Below are positions 1 to 10,835 of a stretch of DNA of 64,000 bases, piece by piece. Below the pieces are notes generated by a model that was not told where the DNA came from, made no database searches, and saw only the letters and a program-made list of their open reading frames with translations. Positions within the stretch are counted from its first letter, which is position 1. Every line of letters starts with the position of its first letter. Both the position numbers and the translations under genes were made by a program. Source of the stretch: a virus; the IMG/VR virus record IMGVR_UViG_3300032286_000710, positions 102,605-166,604 of that record; one strand, 5' to 3'.

Positions 1-568
1 CCCCGACCCAATCTAACTGTAAAGCAACCGCACTTGTAAATTTGGAAGTATTCCAAGCTTTATGATTGCCAACTAGAGTGAGAGATTCTGTGCAGTTACC
101 ATCTGTTGGAAGAGTATAGCTTATACTACTCACATACATACCACTCATTTGAACTTCTGCTGTAGCATTAGCAGCAGCATCAGCGATATGCTCAACAGTG
201 TCTGGGAAAACACCTAAATACACATTGCATCTTTGTTTTGATCTTGCTACTAGTGATAGTTTGCTGGCACTACTAAGTCCAGATTCTTGATCTACGCCAC
301 ATGTGGCAACATGATACATGAGTGGAAATCCGTCAAGCACCTTTTCTAGTGTAACTTCAACGTCTGGTACACCTTCGATATTTTCGTAAATATGGATCTG
401 ACCTAGTTCGAAAACTTGTTCTAGATTGAATGTTGTATTTAGGCCAATGCTTTGAACGCCATGTAAAGCCTGTACTCCCGTTGACATTGGCGTTAGAGTG
501 CCAGCGTTATCATATAGTGGCTCAATAGCGACCGCTTGGCAAGCGTAGAAGATTCTGTTGTTGGGCAT
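1..568 (-). CDS. Putative major tail (tube) protein, truncated by the window edge
   Basis: ATG at 568 with a GGAGAG RBS and an upstream GTGTATA motif. Translates MPNNRIFYACQAVAI...HGVQSIGLNTTFNLEQVFELGQIHIYENIEGVPDVEVTLEK, which is tail-tube-like, and follows the neck genes. Confidence 0.6.
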   Translation of the reverse strand, partial: MPNNRIFYACQAVAIEPLYDNAGTLTPMSTGVQALHGVQSIGLNTTFNLEQVFELGQIHIYENIEGVPDVEVTLEKVLDGFPLMYHVATCGVDQESGLSSASKLSLVARSKQRCNVYLGVFPDTVEHIADAAANATAEVQMSGMYVSSISYTLPTDGNCTESLTLVGNHKAWNTSKFTSAVALQLDWVG

Positions 569-606
569 AATTCTCTCCTATTTTAAGATGGTAAGCTCTA
601 GTTACT

Positions 607-613
607 TATACAC
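607..613 (-). promoter_or_regulatory. Putative late promoter motif GTGTATA
   Basis: The same motif lies shortly upstream of about 10 late-type genes in the window. Confidence 0.6.
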
Positions 614-618
614 TAAAT

Positions 619-1590
619 TTATACTGAAGTTTCAATTGTCTCAAGCGTCATCCTCACAATACCAGCATAGAAATTGCTATTTACTAGCTTCATATTTTGA
701 ACGCTAGAATTTTTTAATCTCAAACTCCCACGATAGTACTTATCTATTAAATCTGGGTATCTTAAAGCTCCAGAAACCGGAAATCCGTGATAATCTAGAG
801 GAAATGCGCCACTTCTGGCTATGTTATTACTATTAAACATGTATATAGTCTTCTCGTTTTGCAAAGAAATAATATCTACTAATTTATTTCTAGTATATTC
901 ATCCTCTGCCAAACAGTGGAAAAGTAAATCTGTTTCAACAAATTGACCACCCCCAAGCTGATATCCCCTCATTGTTCGACGGGGAACTACTTCTATAGCT
1001 ATTACTGGTAATTGAATCCTGGCCTCTGTTGGGAGTTCATATTTACCTTTATTTAATACATTAAAGTCAGTATTAAGATCTAATGATGAGTATTGAACTT
1101 CAGCCAGCCAAGGAAGGCTATTAGCATAAACTATATTGATGTACCTATAACTATACTCGGCTTTTACGATGCTGGATGTAGGAATAGGATTATTAAAGAT
1201 AATTCTACCATTAAAATAGTCTACTTTATGGGCATATGTGCCATTAGTGTTGGATGGGTAAAATGTATTGTTTACATAAACTCCAGAAATACCGGGAATT
1301 GAGTTATTATTTCCAACAATTGGAGAGGGAGTATAAGAAACCCCGCTTTGCCATACCCAGTTTTGCCTAAAACTTTCCCAAGCCTTACCGCTAGGAAAGG
1401 AGGAATTGGAGGACATTCTAAGTTTACTATAATCTACACCTTCTGGAGAAAGTTCGCCAAGGGATACATTCATGTAGTTCCCTTTTTCTAAAAGCGACCA
1501 CTCCAAAAATTCAACTATATTATCTTGCAGTTCATTATTTAACGTACTGTCAAATACACTGTCAAATCCTTTAAGATTTAGATAGTTCAT
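619..1590 (-). CDS. Putative tail terminator/tail completion protein
   Basis: 323 aa between neck genes and tail tube. The C-terminal LPVIAIE...GYQLGGG...DLLFHCLAEDEYTRNKLVDII segment resembles tail terminators. Confidence 0.45.
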   Translation of the reverse strand: MNYLNLKGFDSVFDSTLNNELQDNIVEFLEWSLLEKGNYMNVSLGELSPEGVDYSKLRMSSNSSFPSGKAWESFRQNWVWQSGVSYTPSPIVGNNNSIPGISGVYVNNTFYPSNTNGTYAHKVDYFNGRIIFNNPIPTSSIVKAEYSYRYINIVYANSLPWLAEVQYSSLDLNTDFNVLNKGKYELPTEARIQLPVIAIEVVPRRTMRGYQLGGGQFVETDLLFHCLAEDEYTRNKLVDIISLQNEKTIYMFNSNNIARSGAFPLDYHGFPVSGALRYPDLIDKYYRGSLRLKNSSVQNMKLVNSNFYAGIVRMTLETIETSV

Positions 1591-2228
1591 TATGCACCTA
1601 GTATATTTTCAAAGATTTTAGCTATTTGTTTTTCTTGTTCACTGCCGGTTAAAGCGCGAGTTATAAAATTATTTTGATCTGTTCCAGAAAATTGTGGGGG
1701 TACTCTAAAAGAACCTCCCTCTTTCATGTTACCTAATCTAGATCGTCCCAAGCCAGTTTGTGGGTTGTATTCATATCCAACTACTATAATTTCATCTCCC
1801 CTATTTAATAACCAATCTAGCCAGTGTAAATCTCCATCTTTATAAATAGAATGACCTTGGGGGAGATTTAATAAATTAGCAAAATTGTCTGGTTGAATAT
1901 TAACTTCAATACCGCCACCCTTTAGTTTATTATTATATGGAACTACCGATATACTTGTTGAGCTTACTACCGAAGATATAATAGCATTAATTATAGAAGC
2001 TGCACTAATAGTTATGCCGAACTGACCAATCAAGGATGAAGTGCCTCCAGAAGATAAAGATTCCATTTCTGGTTGGCTTGATATCCAAGACGGTAATAAC
2101 AAATTTATTTCTTGAAGTATTTTAACTTTGCTAGATTTCATAGAAGCATTGAATTGAGTAGCTATAGCAGATAGTATATTATTTTCTATCTGATCAACTG
2201 ACTCAAGTAATTTGAGCGTAATGCTCAT
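1590..2228 (-). CDS. Putative neck/tail completion protein
   Basis: 212 aa; called from synteny within the head-tail joining cluster. Confidence 0.4.
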   Translation of the reverse strand: MSITLKLLESVDQIENNILSAIATQFNASMKSSKVKILQEINLLLPSWISSQPEMESLSSGGTSSLIGQFGITISAASIINAIISSVVSSTSISVVPYNNKLKGGGIEVNIQPDNFANLLNLPQGHSIYKDGDLHWLDWLLNRGDEIIVVGYEYNPQTGLGRSRLGNMKEGGSFRVPPQFSGTDQNNFITRALTGSEQEKQIAKIFENILGA

Positions 2229-2707
2229 ACTCTACTCCATAGACAAGAAAAATATCTAGTCTGCCTTAATCCCATGGGAATATGTTCGCCCATCCTTTGA
2301 AATCTCATCTCTTTATAGTCGGCTATATCTTTATGAACTATAAGGGCTTTTGCTTTTAAAATTTGCGGCAAATCTTTCATAAATCCGATGGTTTGAATTA
2401 CATTGTCTGGCACTTGGATAGCACCGGTTACATTAATCCATTCTTTTGGATTCCAGTATACTTTAAGTTTTATATCTGTTAAGACTTCTACCTCTTTAAT
2501 TATTTTATTGCTACGCTCATAGTCACCATCATGGAGTCTATGTACATTAATAGAATTTCTCTCTGGGATATTGTTCGTTGGAGTATAAACTATTTCTTCC
2601 ATCTTATCAATAGAAACCAGCTGGCAAGTTACCCCAAAAATATCAAAGGTAGAATCTATTACGTCGTAGTACTTTTCAAAAACGCTCTCTGGCACATTTA
2701 CTGGCAT
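2225..2707 (-). CDS. Putative head closure/head-tail joining protein
   Basis: 160 aa, beta-rich; synteny. Confidence 0.4.
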   Translation of the reverse strand: MPVNVPESVFEKYYDVIDSTFDIFGVTCQLVSIDKMEEIVYTPTNNIPERNSINVHRLHDGDYERSNKIIKEVEVLTDIKLKVYWNPKEWINVTGAIQVPDNVIQTIGFMKDLPQILKAKALIVHKDIADYKEMRFQRMGEHIPMGLRQTRYFSCLWSRV

Positions 2708-2714
2708 AAGTCAC

Positions 2715-3227
2715 CTATATTGTTAGATTGATAGCGTTTAGTTCTTCTAGTGTTGTAGACTCATTAATAGATTGTTTTAAAACAGCATATGAATTGCTTA
2801 AGGTAGCTCTGGCTTGACCGTATTGTAACATTAGTTGAGTAAACTCTAATAGCGATAAACCATGAGAATTGCCTTCAGTATCAACTATATATGATGGATC
2901 AGTAAGGCCAATATTGTTGGCTTCTTTAGCTAGTATGAATGCTCCAGTTAATAACGTAATGTCTTGAATATCTATACCTAGTTTATATCCGGCCTGAGTT
3001 GTCCAGCCAGATTTTACAGTTTGAGTCCAGAGTTGATCTAATTGTTTTAATTTTTCTATCTTAGCTTTATCTAAAGGCCAAGAAGCTATAATGTTTTCAA
3101 TCTGTTGTAACTGCTGTGATGATGGATTATTATCTTTTAAGTATTTTACAGTTATAATAGAATCAGCTTCTATAACAGTTAGAACGGGAATAATATTAGA
3201 AATTTTATTTAATAGAATATTTAACAT
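2715..3227 (-). CDS. DUF4376-like tail fibre assembly protein
   Basis: AKIEKLKQL...LKQSINESTTLEELNAI pattern, directly downstream of a fibre gene. Confidence 0.55.
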   Translation of the reverse strand: MLNILLNKISNIIPVLTVIEADSIITVKYLKDNNPSSQQLQQIENIIASWPLDKAKIEKLKQLDQLWTQTVKSGWTTQAGYKLGIDIQDITLLTGAFILAKEANNIGLTDPSYIVDTEGNSHGLSLLEFTQLMLQYGQARATLSNSYAVLKQSINESTTLEELNAINLTI

Positions 3228-5023
3228 TCATATGTCCCCATTATACCATATTCGCCTTCGTATCTATTCAATAATACCAGCGGATTACCATCTGAACCTT
3301 TGTCTACGGGGAATAATTTAACATATCCAGACGGACTGTATGTTATTTTTGATATAAGGGTTTTATTCATAGTAACACCATAGCTATTGCCAATTGCGTC
3401 GGAATGCATTAAACCACTCGCTAAACTACCATAATAATAATTGCCCAATATGTCAGTACACTCTGCGTAATCGCCAGTTTCATCTTCTGGAACTATTCCG
3501 CATATATATGTACTCTCTTCAACACCATTTAAAAAACACCTGACTACTAATGACAAATCAATATTAGAATCAATCAAACCATTAACTACTTCTACTGGAT
3601 TAATTGGAATTTTATTCCAATATGAGTATGATGCTAGCCAACTTAAATTGGCTGATGATGATTTAGATGCTACTTGTCTAATTACTTTATTTTCTGAATT
3701 ATAAATCAATCTTTGCTTTGGTGTATCAGTAAATCTATGTGAACTATTTATTAGTGATGTTTTAACGGTTCCTAAGTATCTTGCTAAAGGATATCCATAT
3801 CCACCAGAGGGAGAACAATAAACACCCTTAATTTTAGAAATTGGATAAATTCTATATGAATTACCAGAATTTGGAACATATGACCCACCATCTTCGGTAT
3901 ATATATCTGTTTCATGCCCGAACCATCTTTTAGTATAAAATTTTAGTTTGCTATTTTCAATATAACCAAATACATCATGTATATTATCTGACTGTGGGGT
4001 AAAGGGTGACTGTTCCAAACTTGATGAGTTAGTAACTAAAACTCCGCTTCCAGAAACGCCATCAGAAAAATCAATAGTAGACCAAATAATTTTTCCAGAC
4101 TGTATAGATGGCAATGAGATGTAACTTCCATTATGTGGAGTAAAATATAACTGTGTACCAGATCCATCAAAAACGGACTGTGTGCTACTTAAAGACAGTC
4201 TTCCGTCATTTATACTTGCATTACCTATTTCTAAACTTTTTAAGTATACGCTAGATAAATCTGGTATATCTTCTACTGTTAATGGTCTAAAAACTGGATA
4301 GTTGGGACTACATGGTGGTGAACAGCCACTGGGAGGACCGGCAAAAAATGTTCCAGCATTTTGTTTTTTAAATAGTATATTTTGATTAACAACGCCACTT
4401 AGCTGTATTACAGAAGCAGAGTTAACATCAGTCTGGTTCATCTCAAAATGAGTTAATTGAGTTCCACCAACGTAGGATGATAATCCGTTATTACCGGACG
4501 GAAAAAATACTCCACTGTTACCAACAACAAAACCAGAAGCTTTAATATTAGAAGATGAGCTTGAACCACCAACATCTATTGATGCTGTAGGATTATTTTT
4601 ATTAATACCAATACGCCCGTTACCAGAATCTACTGTGAACTTATTACTGTATGATAAAGCATTAGAAGAATTCCAAAATGCTAAACCGCTACTTTGTGGA
4701 ACTGGAAACAGACCAGATGTACTAAACACAGCATTATTGGCTGGATAAGTAACATATATCTCTTTTAAGCCCTCGGTAAAGCTTACTAAGTTGTTACTAT
4801 TAGTACTCTTGATAGGAAATCTTTTGATCTGATTATTGGAAGATAAGTATAATCCAGAGCCGATTTCGTAGTTAGTGCCGTCAGTAACAGCATAGAACAA
4901 TTCGCCGCTGTTTGAATATACAGATGAGAATGAAGAAAATCCCTGTACAACTCCACTAAGAGAGAAGTTGCCAGTACCAATAGTATAGGTTCTTTCTTTT
5001 ATTCTATCGTATATATTTATCAT
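3221..5023 (-). CDS. Tail fibre-like virion protein
   Basis: 600 aa, Gly/Ser-rich. N-terminal DRIKERTYTIGTGNFSLSG domain and a GRIGINKNNPTASIDV fibre repeat. Confidence 0.6.
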   Translation of the reverse strand: MINIYDRIKERTYTIGTGNFSLSGVVQGFSSFSSVYSNSGELFYAVTDGTNYEIGSGLYLSSNNQIKRFPIKSTNSNNLVSFTEGLKEIYVTYPANNAVFSTSGLFPVPQSSGLAFWNSSNALSYSNKFTVDSGNGRIGINKNNPTASIDVGGSSSSSNIKASGFVVGNSGVFFPSGNNGLSSYVGGTQLTHFEMNQTDVNSASVIQLSGVVNQNILFKKQNAGTFFAGPPSGCSPPCSPNYPVFRPLTVEDIPDLSSVYLKSLEIGNASINDGRLSLSSTQSVFDGSGTQLYFTPHNGSYISLPSIQSGKIIWSTIDFSDGVSGSGVLVTNSSSLEQSPFTPQSDNIHDVFGYIENSKLKFYTKRWFGHETDIYTEDGGSYVPNSGNSYRIYPISKIKGVYCSPSGGYGYPLARYLGTVKTSLINSSHRFTDTPKQRLIYNSENKVIRQVASKSSSANLSWLASYSYWNKIPINPVEVVNGLIDSNIDLSLVVRCFLNGVEESTYICGIVPEDETGDYAECTDILGNYYYGSLASGLMHSDAIGNSYGVTMNKTLISKITYSPSGYVKLFPVDKGSDGNPLVLLNRYEGEYGIMGTYEC

Positions 5024-5961
5024 GTTACGGTTACTGTAACGGGTGGACTACCAGAACCACCCGGTTCTGTACCGAATATTACCAAATCATTTAAGTCTGC
5101 ATCTACGTATTGACCGCCATCGTCTTGTACGTAGAAAGTTAATTTTCTTAATGAAGTGGCATCATTTCCAGATCTAAATGATAAACCAACTGTATTAGTT
5201 TGAAAATCAGTGCCATTTGTGGATGTGCCTCTAGCATTACTAGATCCAATAGCAGCATAATTATTGTCAGCTAAAATGCCAGAGTGGAATGTGATAGTAA
5301 ACTTACCAACTCCATCTTTATTTATACCAGAAACACCAAACGAATCTCTAACGACGGGAAGGCTATTAACTCCACTAGCATCAAAATTGATCCAAGCTTT
5401 TGCAACTCCACGGGCAGAACTCATACGAGATTTATCTTTTAAGAAAGTAAGTGATGTTCCACTACCAACATTAATAATTTCACCGGTAGAACTTACATAA
5501 CTAAACTGTAAGCCTCTATAACCATTATTGTTTGTTACATCAGCAGAGCCGCTGGAATTAATCCAGTTATTTCTCATACCTAAACTTCCTGTCATAGCTC
5601 TGCTACCATTAGATGTTAGGTATTGAGTATGTGGATCACCAGCACTTAAATCAGCTAAATTATTGTGAGATAAACCTTGTGGGCCGGGATAAGCAACATA
5701 CTGCATCCCACCACCATTAATGAAGTTAATACCAGAACCAACATATAGTGTACCACCATTATTTCCATCTTTTTGAAGTCTTACGTCATTTACAAATGGT
5801 GTTTCAGAATTGAAATTACCACTAGCCACAATTTGGTTTATAGAATCAACAGTGTCCACAATGCTGTTTCTAACATCGGCGGCTGAAATCATACCAGCAT
5901 TGTTATCTGGTATAACGCTACCAACATATGAAATTAAACCACTTTTTGATCTAACAGTCAT
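5020..5961 (-). CDS. Tail fibre-like virion protein
   Basis: Contains the DPHTQYL motif and an AKAWINFD...GVGKFTITF C-terminal fibre domain. Confidence 0.6.
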   Translation of the reverse strand: MTVRSKSGLISYVGSVIPDNNAGMISAADVRNSIVDTVDSINQIVASGNFNSETPFVNDVRLQKDGNNGGTLYVGSGINFINGGGMQYVAYPGPQGLSHNNLADLSAGDPHTQYLTSNGSRAMTGSLGMRNNWINSSGSADVTNNNGYRGLQFSYVSSTGEIINVGSGTSLTFLKDKSRMSSARGVAKAWINFDASGVNSLPVVRDSFGVSGINKDGVGKFTITFHSGILADNNYAAIGSSNARGTSTNGTDFQTNTVGLSFRSGNDATSLRKLTFYVQDDGGQYVDADLNDLVIFGTEPGGSGSPPVTVTVT

Positions 5962-5973
5962 CTTAATCCTCCA

Positions 5974-6492
5974 TTAATATCTGAAATAGCCGCCTCTAGA
6001 ATCATAATCACCGTGGGTTCTAACAACGTAGTCACTAGCTGGACTATAGGGGCCAAGAATGGCATGTCCAACTATGCTACCACCAGCACGGTAATCTAGT
6101 AGTAGTTTAGCATATTTATCAGAGAGGTCTTTGTATAAAACTGATAGGGTAGAGGCTACTCCCCTTAAGTCTATAGCAGAGGGTCCATCTTTGATAGAGA
6201 TTGCATTTGAAGCTTCGGTCTTTAGTTCACTACCAATTATAATACAAGCAGTTTTTAATGCAGTTAAATTAATAAAAGCATTATCTTTATCCCCAGCAGT
6301 TGGGTCTGGCGAAAGATCACCGTTGGCAATATCTATAAAATAAGAATTAGTAAAATCCGTTTCTATAGTTAGCATTTGTGCGCTAACGAGAATAGATGTT
6401 TCTATCCTATCATCAGAATATTTGTAATTAGATGGTTCTAGGTCATTGATTAAATGCCTGACCATTAACGGTATCTGGCTTCTCCAAGACAT
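5974..6492 (-). CDS. Putative head-tail adaptor
   Basis: 172 aa helical protein (VRHLINDL...YSDDRI...ISIKDG) with a GTGTATA motif at 6532-6538. Confidence 0.5.
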   Translation of the reverse strand: MSWRSQIPLMVRHLINDLEPSNYKYSDDRIETSILVSAQMLTIETDFTNSYFIDIANGDLSPDPTAGDKDNAFINLTALKTACIIIGSELKTEASNAISIKDGPSAIDLRGVASTLSVLYKDLSDKYAKLLLDYRAGGSIVGHAILGPYSPASDYVVRTHGDYDSRGGYFRY

Positions 6493-6543
6493 AAAAAGTC
6501 CCCGTTTTTGTTTTTTGGCTTCTCTATGTAATATACACCAAAA

Positions 6544-7146
6544 CTAGATAGTATCTAGATCTTCGTCGTTTTCTGGAACCGGCTCATTTGCTAGCAATTT
6601 GCGGGATTTTTTAATGGCTCGACCCACCAATAACTTACCTAAAGCATCCATAAATGGAAGACCCCTTCTACTAGCCTCTTCACGAAGCCACCCAACCACA
6701 GTGTCCATATTTTGCTCACACCAATCATTTCCATGCTCATTCATTTCTAGGGCATGACGTTTACATGAGCAACTATCTGTCATTTGAATTCCAACACTTT
6801 TAATCATTTTAGAAAGAATAGTGCCGGGGTGATTGGGGTGTTCTTCTAAGGTCTTTGGGTAAAGTGAACGTATATATTTGGCAGGGTCATCGCCAAGCAT
6901 ACTTTCTATCTTTTGTTCAGCCTGAGATTTAGTCCAATCTCCAATTAAATCATAATCTGATCCACTCCAAATAACCATATTGATTGGTAAAGAAAGCATT
7001 TGGACAGAAATGGTCTTTGAAGTTGGATTATCCATAAAGATGAAGTTTAATTGATCAAATTTAACCTCTGGTGGATTAATAATCTTTCCAGAGTTATCTG
7101 AATATGGTGGGGGGTTAATAGTAATTTGATTTTTTAAAGTAATCAT
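6544..7146 (-). CDS. Hypothetical protein with a CxC motif
   Basis: 200 aa ORF. GTILSKMIKSVG...SCSCKRHALEMN resembles the motif in 58486..58752. Confidence 0.6.
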   Translation of the reverse strand: MITLKNQITINPPPYSDNSGKIINPPEVKFDQLNFIFMDNPTSKTISVQMLSLPINMVIWSGSDYDLIGDWTKSQAEQKIESMLGDDPAKYIRSLYPKTLEEHPNHPGTILSKMIKSVGIQMTDSCSCKRHALEMNEHGNDWCEQNMDTVVGWLREEASRRGLPFMDALGKLLVGRAIKKSRKLLANEPVPENDEDLDTI

Positions 7147-7215
7147 AATTTTCCTTTCATTTTAAAATGTACTCTACTATTATATAGTAGTTAGTATCAA
7201 GCTCCAAAACACTCA

Positions 7216-10200
7216 TTAACTAGCACAATCACAAGGTGAATTACCAATGTTAGACTGAGTAAAACCATCTAGAGTACAACATCTACATCTACCACCATAC
7301 TGATTGATGCACTCACCGTAAGTAATATCCCAAGTTTCTCCACCGCACCAAAGCTCACAATTGCTGTAAAATCCTTCTGGCGGGTCGCCAGTATAGTTAC
7401 ATGGAACCCATGAGCGGCCACCAAATACGGGATCTTCGTACCAACCCCGGAACTCTGGTTGGGAAATAGTACCGGCAGTCTTACAGGTTCCATTACAGCA
7501 TATTTCATTTGTAAAACATGTAGAATTACCACAAGGAATCTTGCATATTCTATAAACTCTTCCAGTAGCAGCATCTGTGATAGTAGAACAAACTTGACCG
7601 GGAGGACAGCAATTACCATCACAACAAGTATAATTAGCTGGACAACAATTACCTTCACAGCATGTTTCCCCAGCCTTACACTTATTTACACACTCATTAT
7701 TTACACATTGCAGACATTTCTCACTATTGCAGCATTGTCCTCCGCAGCAAGGAGCAACTTGCGCACATCTATCTACACAATTACCACTTATGCATTCTTG
7801 ACAAGTCGCAGCATTACACGGTGGATCACAAGGAACTGGTGGTGGATCGGGAGTAACTACGGGTATACAACTTCCAGCACTAGGTGGACAACACTGACCA
7901 CCAGTTAAACTCCATCCACATGGACAACAAGTTGGGGCTGAACTAGAACCTCCGACTTTACACAAGTTTGCAGTAGCACACGGGTCTATGGTTGGAGGGG
8001 CAGAAGTTGTTACAGCGGGAGTTGTTGTTACTTGTGATGTTGTAGTAGCTTGTGACGTAGTTGTGGCTGACGGAGTTGTAACAACAATGGGTGTAGTTGT
8101 GGCTTGTGGGGTTGTTGTAACTTGTGAAGTTGTGCTAGTACTAGTGCTTGTTGTGGTACTAGTAGTGGTGCTAGTAGTTGTAGTAACACATTCATAATAT
8201 TCACAATGTCTAGCATCGTATAATTTATTAATTGTGCCATTGCATTCTGTTGGAGGTTGTACCGCTATGCAACTTTTAGGATTACATATCCAATCAGCAA
8301 TACAGGTTCCATAAAAGTTCATTATTTTATCTGGAGGAATTACATCATTATTTTGATCATAACATGGGCCAGCTGGTTGATCTGGTTCTTTTGGGCAATA
8401 TAAATTAACATTACAATCTATATAAGAATTATCGCAAGTAGAAAATATTCTAAGTTTAACACTTGGTGGATTTCCAACAGATGCTGTTGATGGGATAACA
8501 ATATTAGTAGGATCATTAGATTCTGCCCCTATAGATATCTCATTTGGTCCAGATCCAACTATTGCCCGAACATTAGTATTTGCTGAAATACGAATAGTAA
8601 TGTTTGTGTTTGGACTATTTCCACCAATGCCCAATCCGTAATTTCCAGAAGGCGGTGGATCAGGACATGCTAGAGGCGCACAAGTTGTAGTAGCTCTAGG
8701 AGTTGTGGTAACAACTTGTCTGGTAGTTGTGGTAGTTGTATATGGGGGGTTACTTGTTGTACTAGTACTTGTGCTTGTAGAAGTACTAGTAGAAGTACTT
8801 GTGCTAGTTGTTGTGGAAGTACTTGTACTTGTTGTGGTAGTTGGATTTACTATGTCACATCCCAAACTGTATATACAATGTTTTATACAGAATTGATCAA
8901 AAAATTCTTCAATCAAACTGCCGCACAGTGGATATGTTGGCGGGCAAAAAGCTGGTCTACAAGTTGTGCTAGTAGATGTAGAAGTACTAGTACCAGTTGT
9001 AGAAGTTCCAGTAGTCGAGGTGCTAGTACTGGTACTGGTAGAAGTGCTTGTGCTAGTTCCTGTTGTAGAAGTACTAGTACTAGTGGAAGTACTTGTGCTG
9101 GTGGTCGTTGGAGCAATTGTTGTCGTTGTGGTTGTTGTAAATGGAATAGTAAAAGTTATTGTATTTGATAAAGTATCTAAAGATATTGGAGTATTTCCAA
9201 TTATGATAGTACCAGCTGGAAGATGAGATATAAAATAATCTAAAGCGTTAGATGACACAATTTGAGATGTTGTATTACCGTTAGAATCTTGAGTTACAAC
9301 TAAACATCCAATATTATCTTGATAATCTGTAGTTATTCTAATTATATAAGTGCCATCTGGCAAATTAGTAAAAGTATATGAGGGGTCTGTTGTTACAACC
9401 GGACTGCTCCAAGTTAATCCACCATCGCTAGATATTTCTATTATATATACTGGTGTTCCACCACCAGTTGTGCCACCGCCGGTTGGTAATTCCCATGTAA
9501 TTGTTCCACTATTAGGACTAGTTGGGGTTACTATAACATTAACAACTGGGCCGATTTGAACAGTATTAATAGTAAAACTATTACTATATCCATTAGTACC
9601 ATCAACGCTAGATACTATTCCAGTAATTCTGACTATGTATATTCCATCGGAAAGATCTTTTATAAGTTGACTATTCAATGCTGTTGTTGATATATTAGTC
9701 CAAGTCTGGCCGTTATTATTAGATATATCTACTCTATAAGAAGTACCACCACTAGAATCAAAAACGTCCCAAGTAACTAAAACGTCGTTTATATCGACAT
9801 GTTTAATCTGTATTCCAGTTATTGGGTCTAGTTTTCTGTCTTGTGGGCAAGGAACATCAATATTTTTAGATGATGGAGATAAGCTTATGCTTGGAGAACC
9901 ACCACAACAATTTAAATCGTAAGAACAAATACTTTTAATTGATACCAAAAGTTTTTTGTTAAATAGATTGGTTGCGATAGATTTACAATCTTGAACTACT
10001 ATTTTTTCGTCCTGTAATAAACTTATATTTTCAAATCCAAACACTGTATCAGATAAATACTGTTTTATGGAAACCTGTATAGAGTTTGTTAAGCTGACTG
10101 TAAGTGGGAACTTTTTATCCCAAAATATTTCAAGTCCAGTAATTACAATATTACCATTAATTTTACATTTTTCAGAAGTTGTTATAAATTCTTGACCATT

Positions 10201-10335
10201 ATTTAGAGTACTGTCCTCATTATGAACAAGTTTAAGAATAATCTCACCCTGAGTGTGCAGCACCCTTAAGCCAAGTCCATATTCTGAATACTTGGTTCCT
10301 TTAGGTATTAATATTGATCCGCATGGACAATTCAT
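7216..10335 (-). CDS. FN3-domain, Thr/Ser mucin-like, Cys-rich protein (likely virion surface)
   Basis: Two FN3-like units (VTW...YRVDISNNNGQTW...L.DG.YIVRI), long poly-T/TS tracts and a CCxGxCC-rich C-terminus. Confidence 0.7.
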   Translation of the reverse strand: MNCPCGSILIPKGTKYSEYGLGLRVLHTQGEIILKLVHNEDSTLNNGQEFITTSEKCKINGNIVITGLEIFWDKKFPLTVSLTNSIQVSIKQYLSDTVFGFENISLLQDEKIVVQDCKSIATNLFNKKLLVSIKSICSYDLNCCGGSPSISLSPSSKNIDVPCPQDRKLDPITGIQIKHVDINDVLVTWDVFDSSGGTSYRVDISNNNGQTWTNISTTALNSQLIKDLSDGIYIVRITGIVSSVDGTNGYSNSFTINTVQIGPVVNVIVTPTSPNSGTITWELPTGGGTTGGGTPVYIIEISSDGGLTWSSPVVTTDPSYTFTNLPDGTYIIRITTDYQDNIGCLVVTQDSNGNTTSQIVSSNALDYFISHLPAGTIIIGNTPISLDTLSNTITFTIPFTTTTTTTIAPTTTSTSTSTSTSTSTTGTSTSTSTSTSTSTSTTGTSTTGTSTSTSTSTTCRPAFCPPTYPLCGSLIEEFFDQFCIKHCIYSLGCDIVNPTTTTSTSTSTTTSTSTSTSTSTSTSTSTTSNPPYTTTTTTRQVVTTTPRATTTCAPLACPDPPPSGNYGLGIGGNSPNTNITIRISANTNVRAIVGSGPNEISIGAESNDPTNIVIPSTASVGNPPSVKLRIFSTCDNSYIDCNVNLYCPKEPDQPAGPCYDQNNDVIPPDKIMNFYGTCIADWICNPKSCIAVQPPTECNGTINKLYDARHCEYYECVTTTTSTTTSTTTSTSTSTTSQVTTTPQATTTPIVVTTPSATTTSQATTTSQVTTTPAVTTSAPPTIDPCATANLCKVGGSSSAPTCCPCGWSLTGGQCCPPSAGSCIPVVTPDPPPVPCDPPCNAATCQECISGNCVDRCAQVAPCCGGQCCNSEKCLQCVNNECVNKCKAGETCCEGNCCPANYTCCDGNCCPPGQVCSTITDAATGRVYRICKIPCGNSTCFTNEICCNGTCKTAGTISQPEFRGWYEDPVFGGRSWVPCNYTGDPPEGFYSNCELWCGGETWDITYGECINQYGGRCRCCTLDGFTQSNIGNSPCDCAS

Positions 10336-10835
10336 ATTGAGTACTTCTTATTATGTTTATTTAAGATATTTATGTATTTTGATGCTGATTCCAAATTTTG
10401 CTTTGATGTGTGATAAATTATACATTTTTTGACAGAATCTATATATTCCCCTTCTGAGAGAATAGTAACTATATTATTAAAAAAAGCATGTTTAATTTGA
10501 TTGCTTTTGTTAAAATTGTAATCTACAAATAATGCATCGTGAATAAATATTTCAATTGTTTTTTCTTTTACGAGCAAAACTATCCTATCCAATGAATATA
10601 AAGATTTAAAATTAATATCAAAGTATTCCTTTAAATATCTATACAGTTTTTTAAAATTTGTTATAGATGGATTTATTAATAGATCTATATCTTTAGTGTG
10701 TTCGCATAAGTTATATATTTTTCCAACCTCACTACCAATAAGTACAAAATTAACATCAAAAGAACGTAATGATGATATTACTTCTTCTACAGATAGAATT
10801 AATTTAGTTTTATTTTTGTAAATTTGTGATGACAT
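10332..10835 (-). CDS. Nucleotidyltransferase-like protein (Pol-beta superfamily)
   Basis: FVLIGS...TKDIDLLI motif (GS...DxD); the gene is very AT-rich. Confidence 0.55.
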   Translation of the reverse strand: MSSQIYKNKTKLILSVEEVISSLRSFDVNFVLIGSEVGKIYNLCEHTKDIDLLINPSITNFKKLYRYLKEYFDINFKSLYSLDRIVLLVKEKTIEIFIHDALFVDYNFNKSNQIKHAFFNNIVTILSEGEYIDSVKKCIIYHTSKQNLESASKYINILNKHNKKYSI

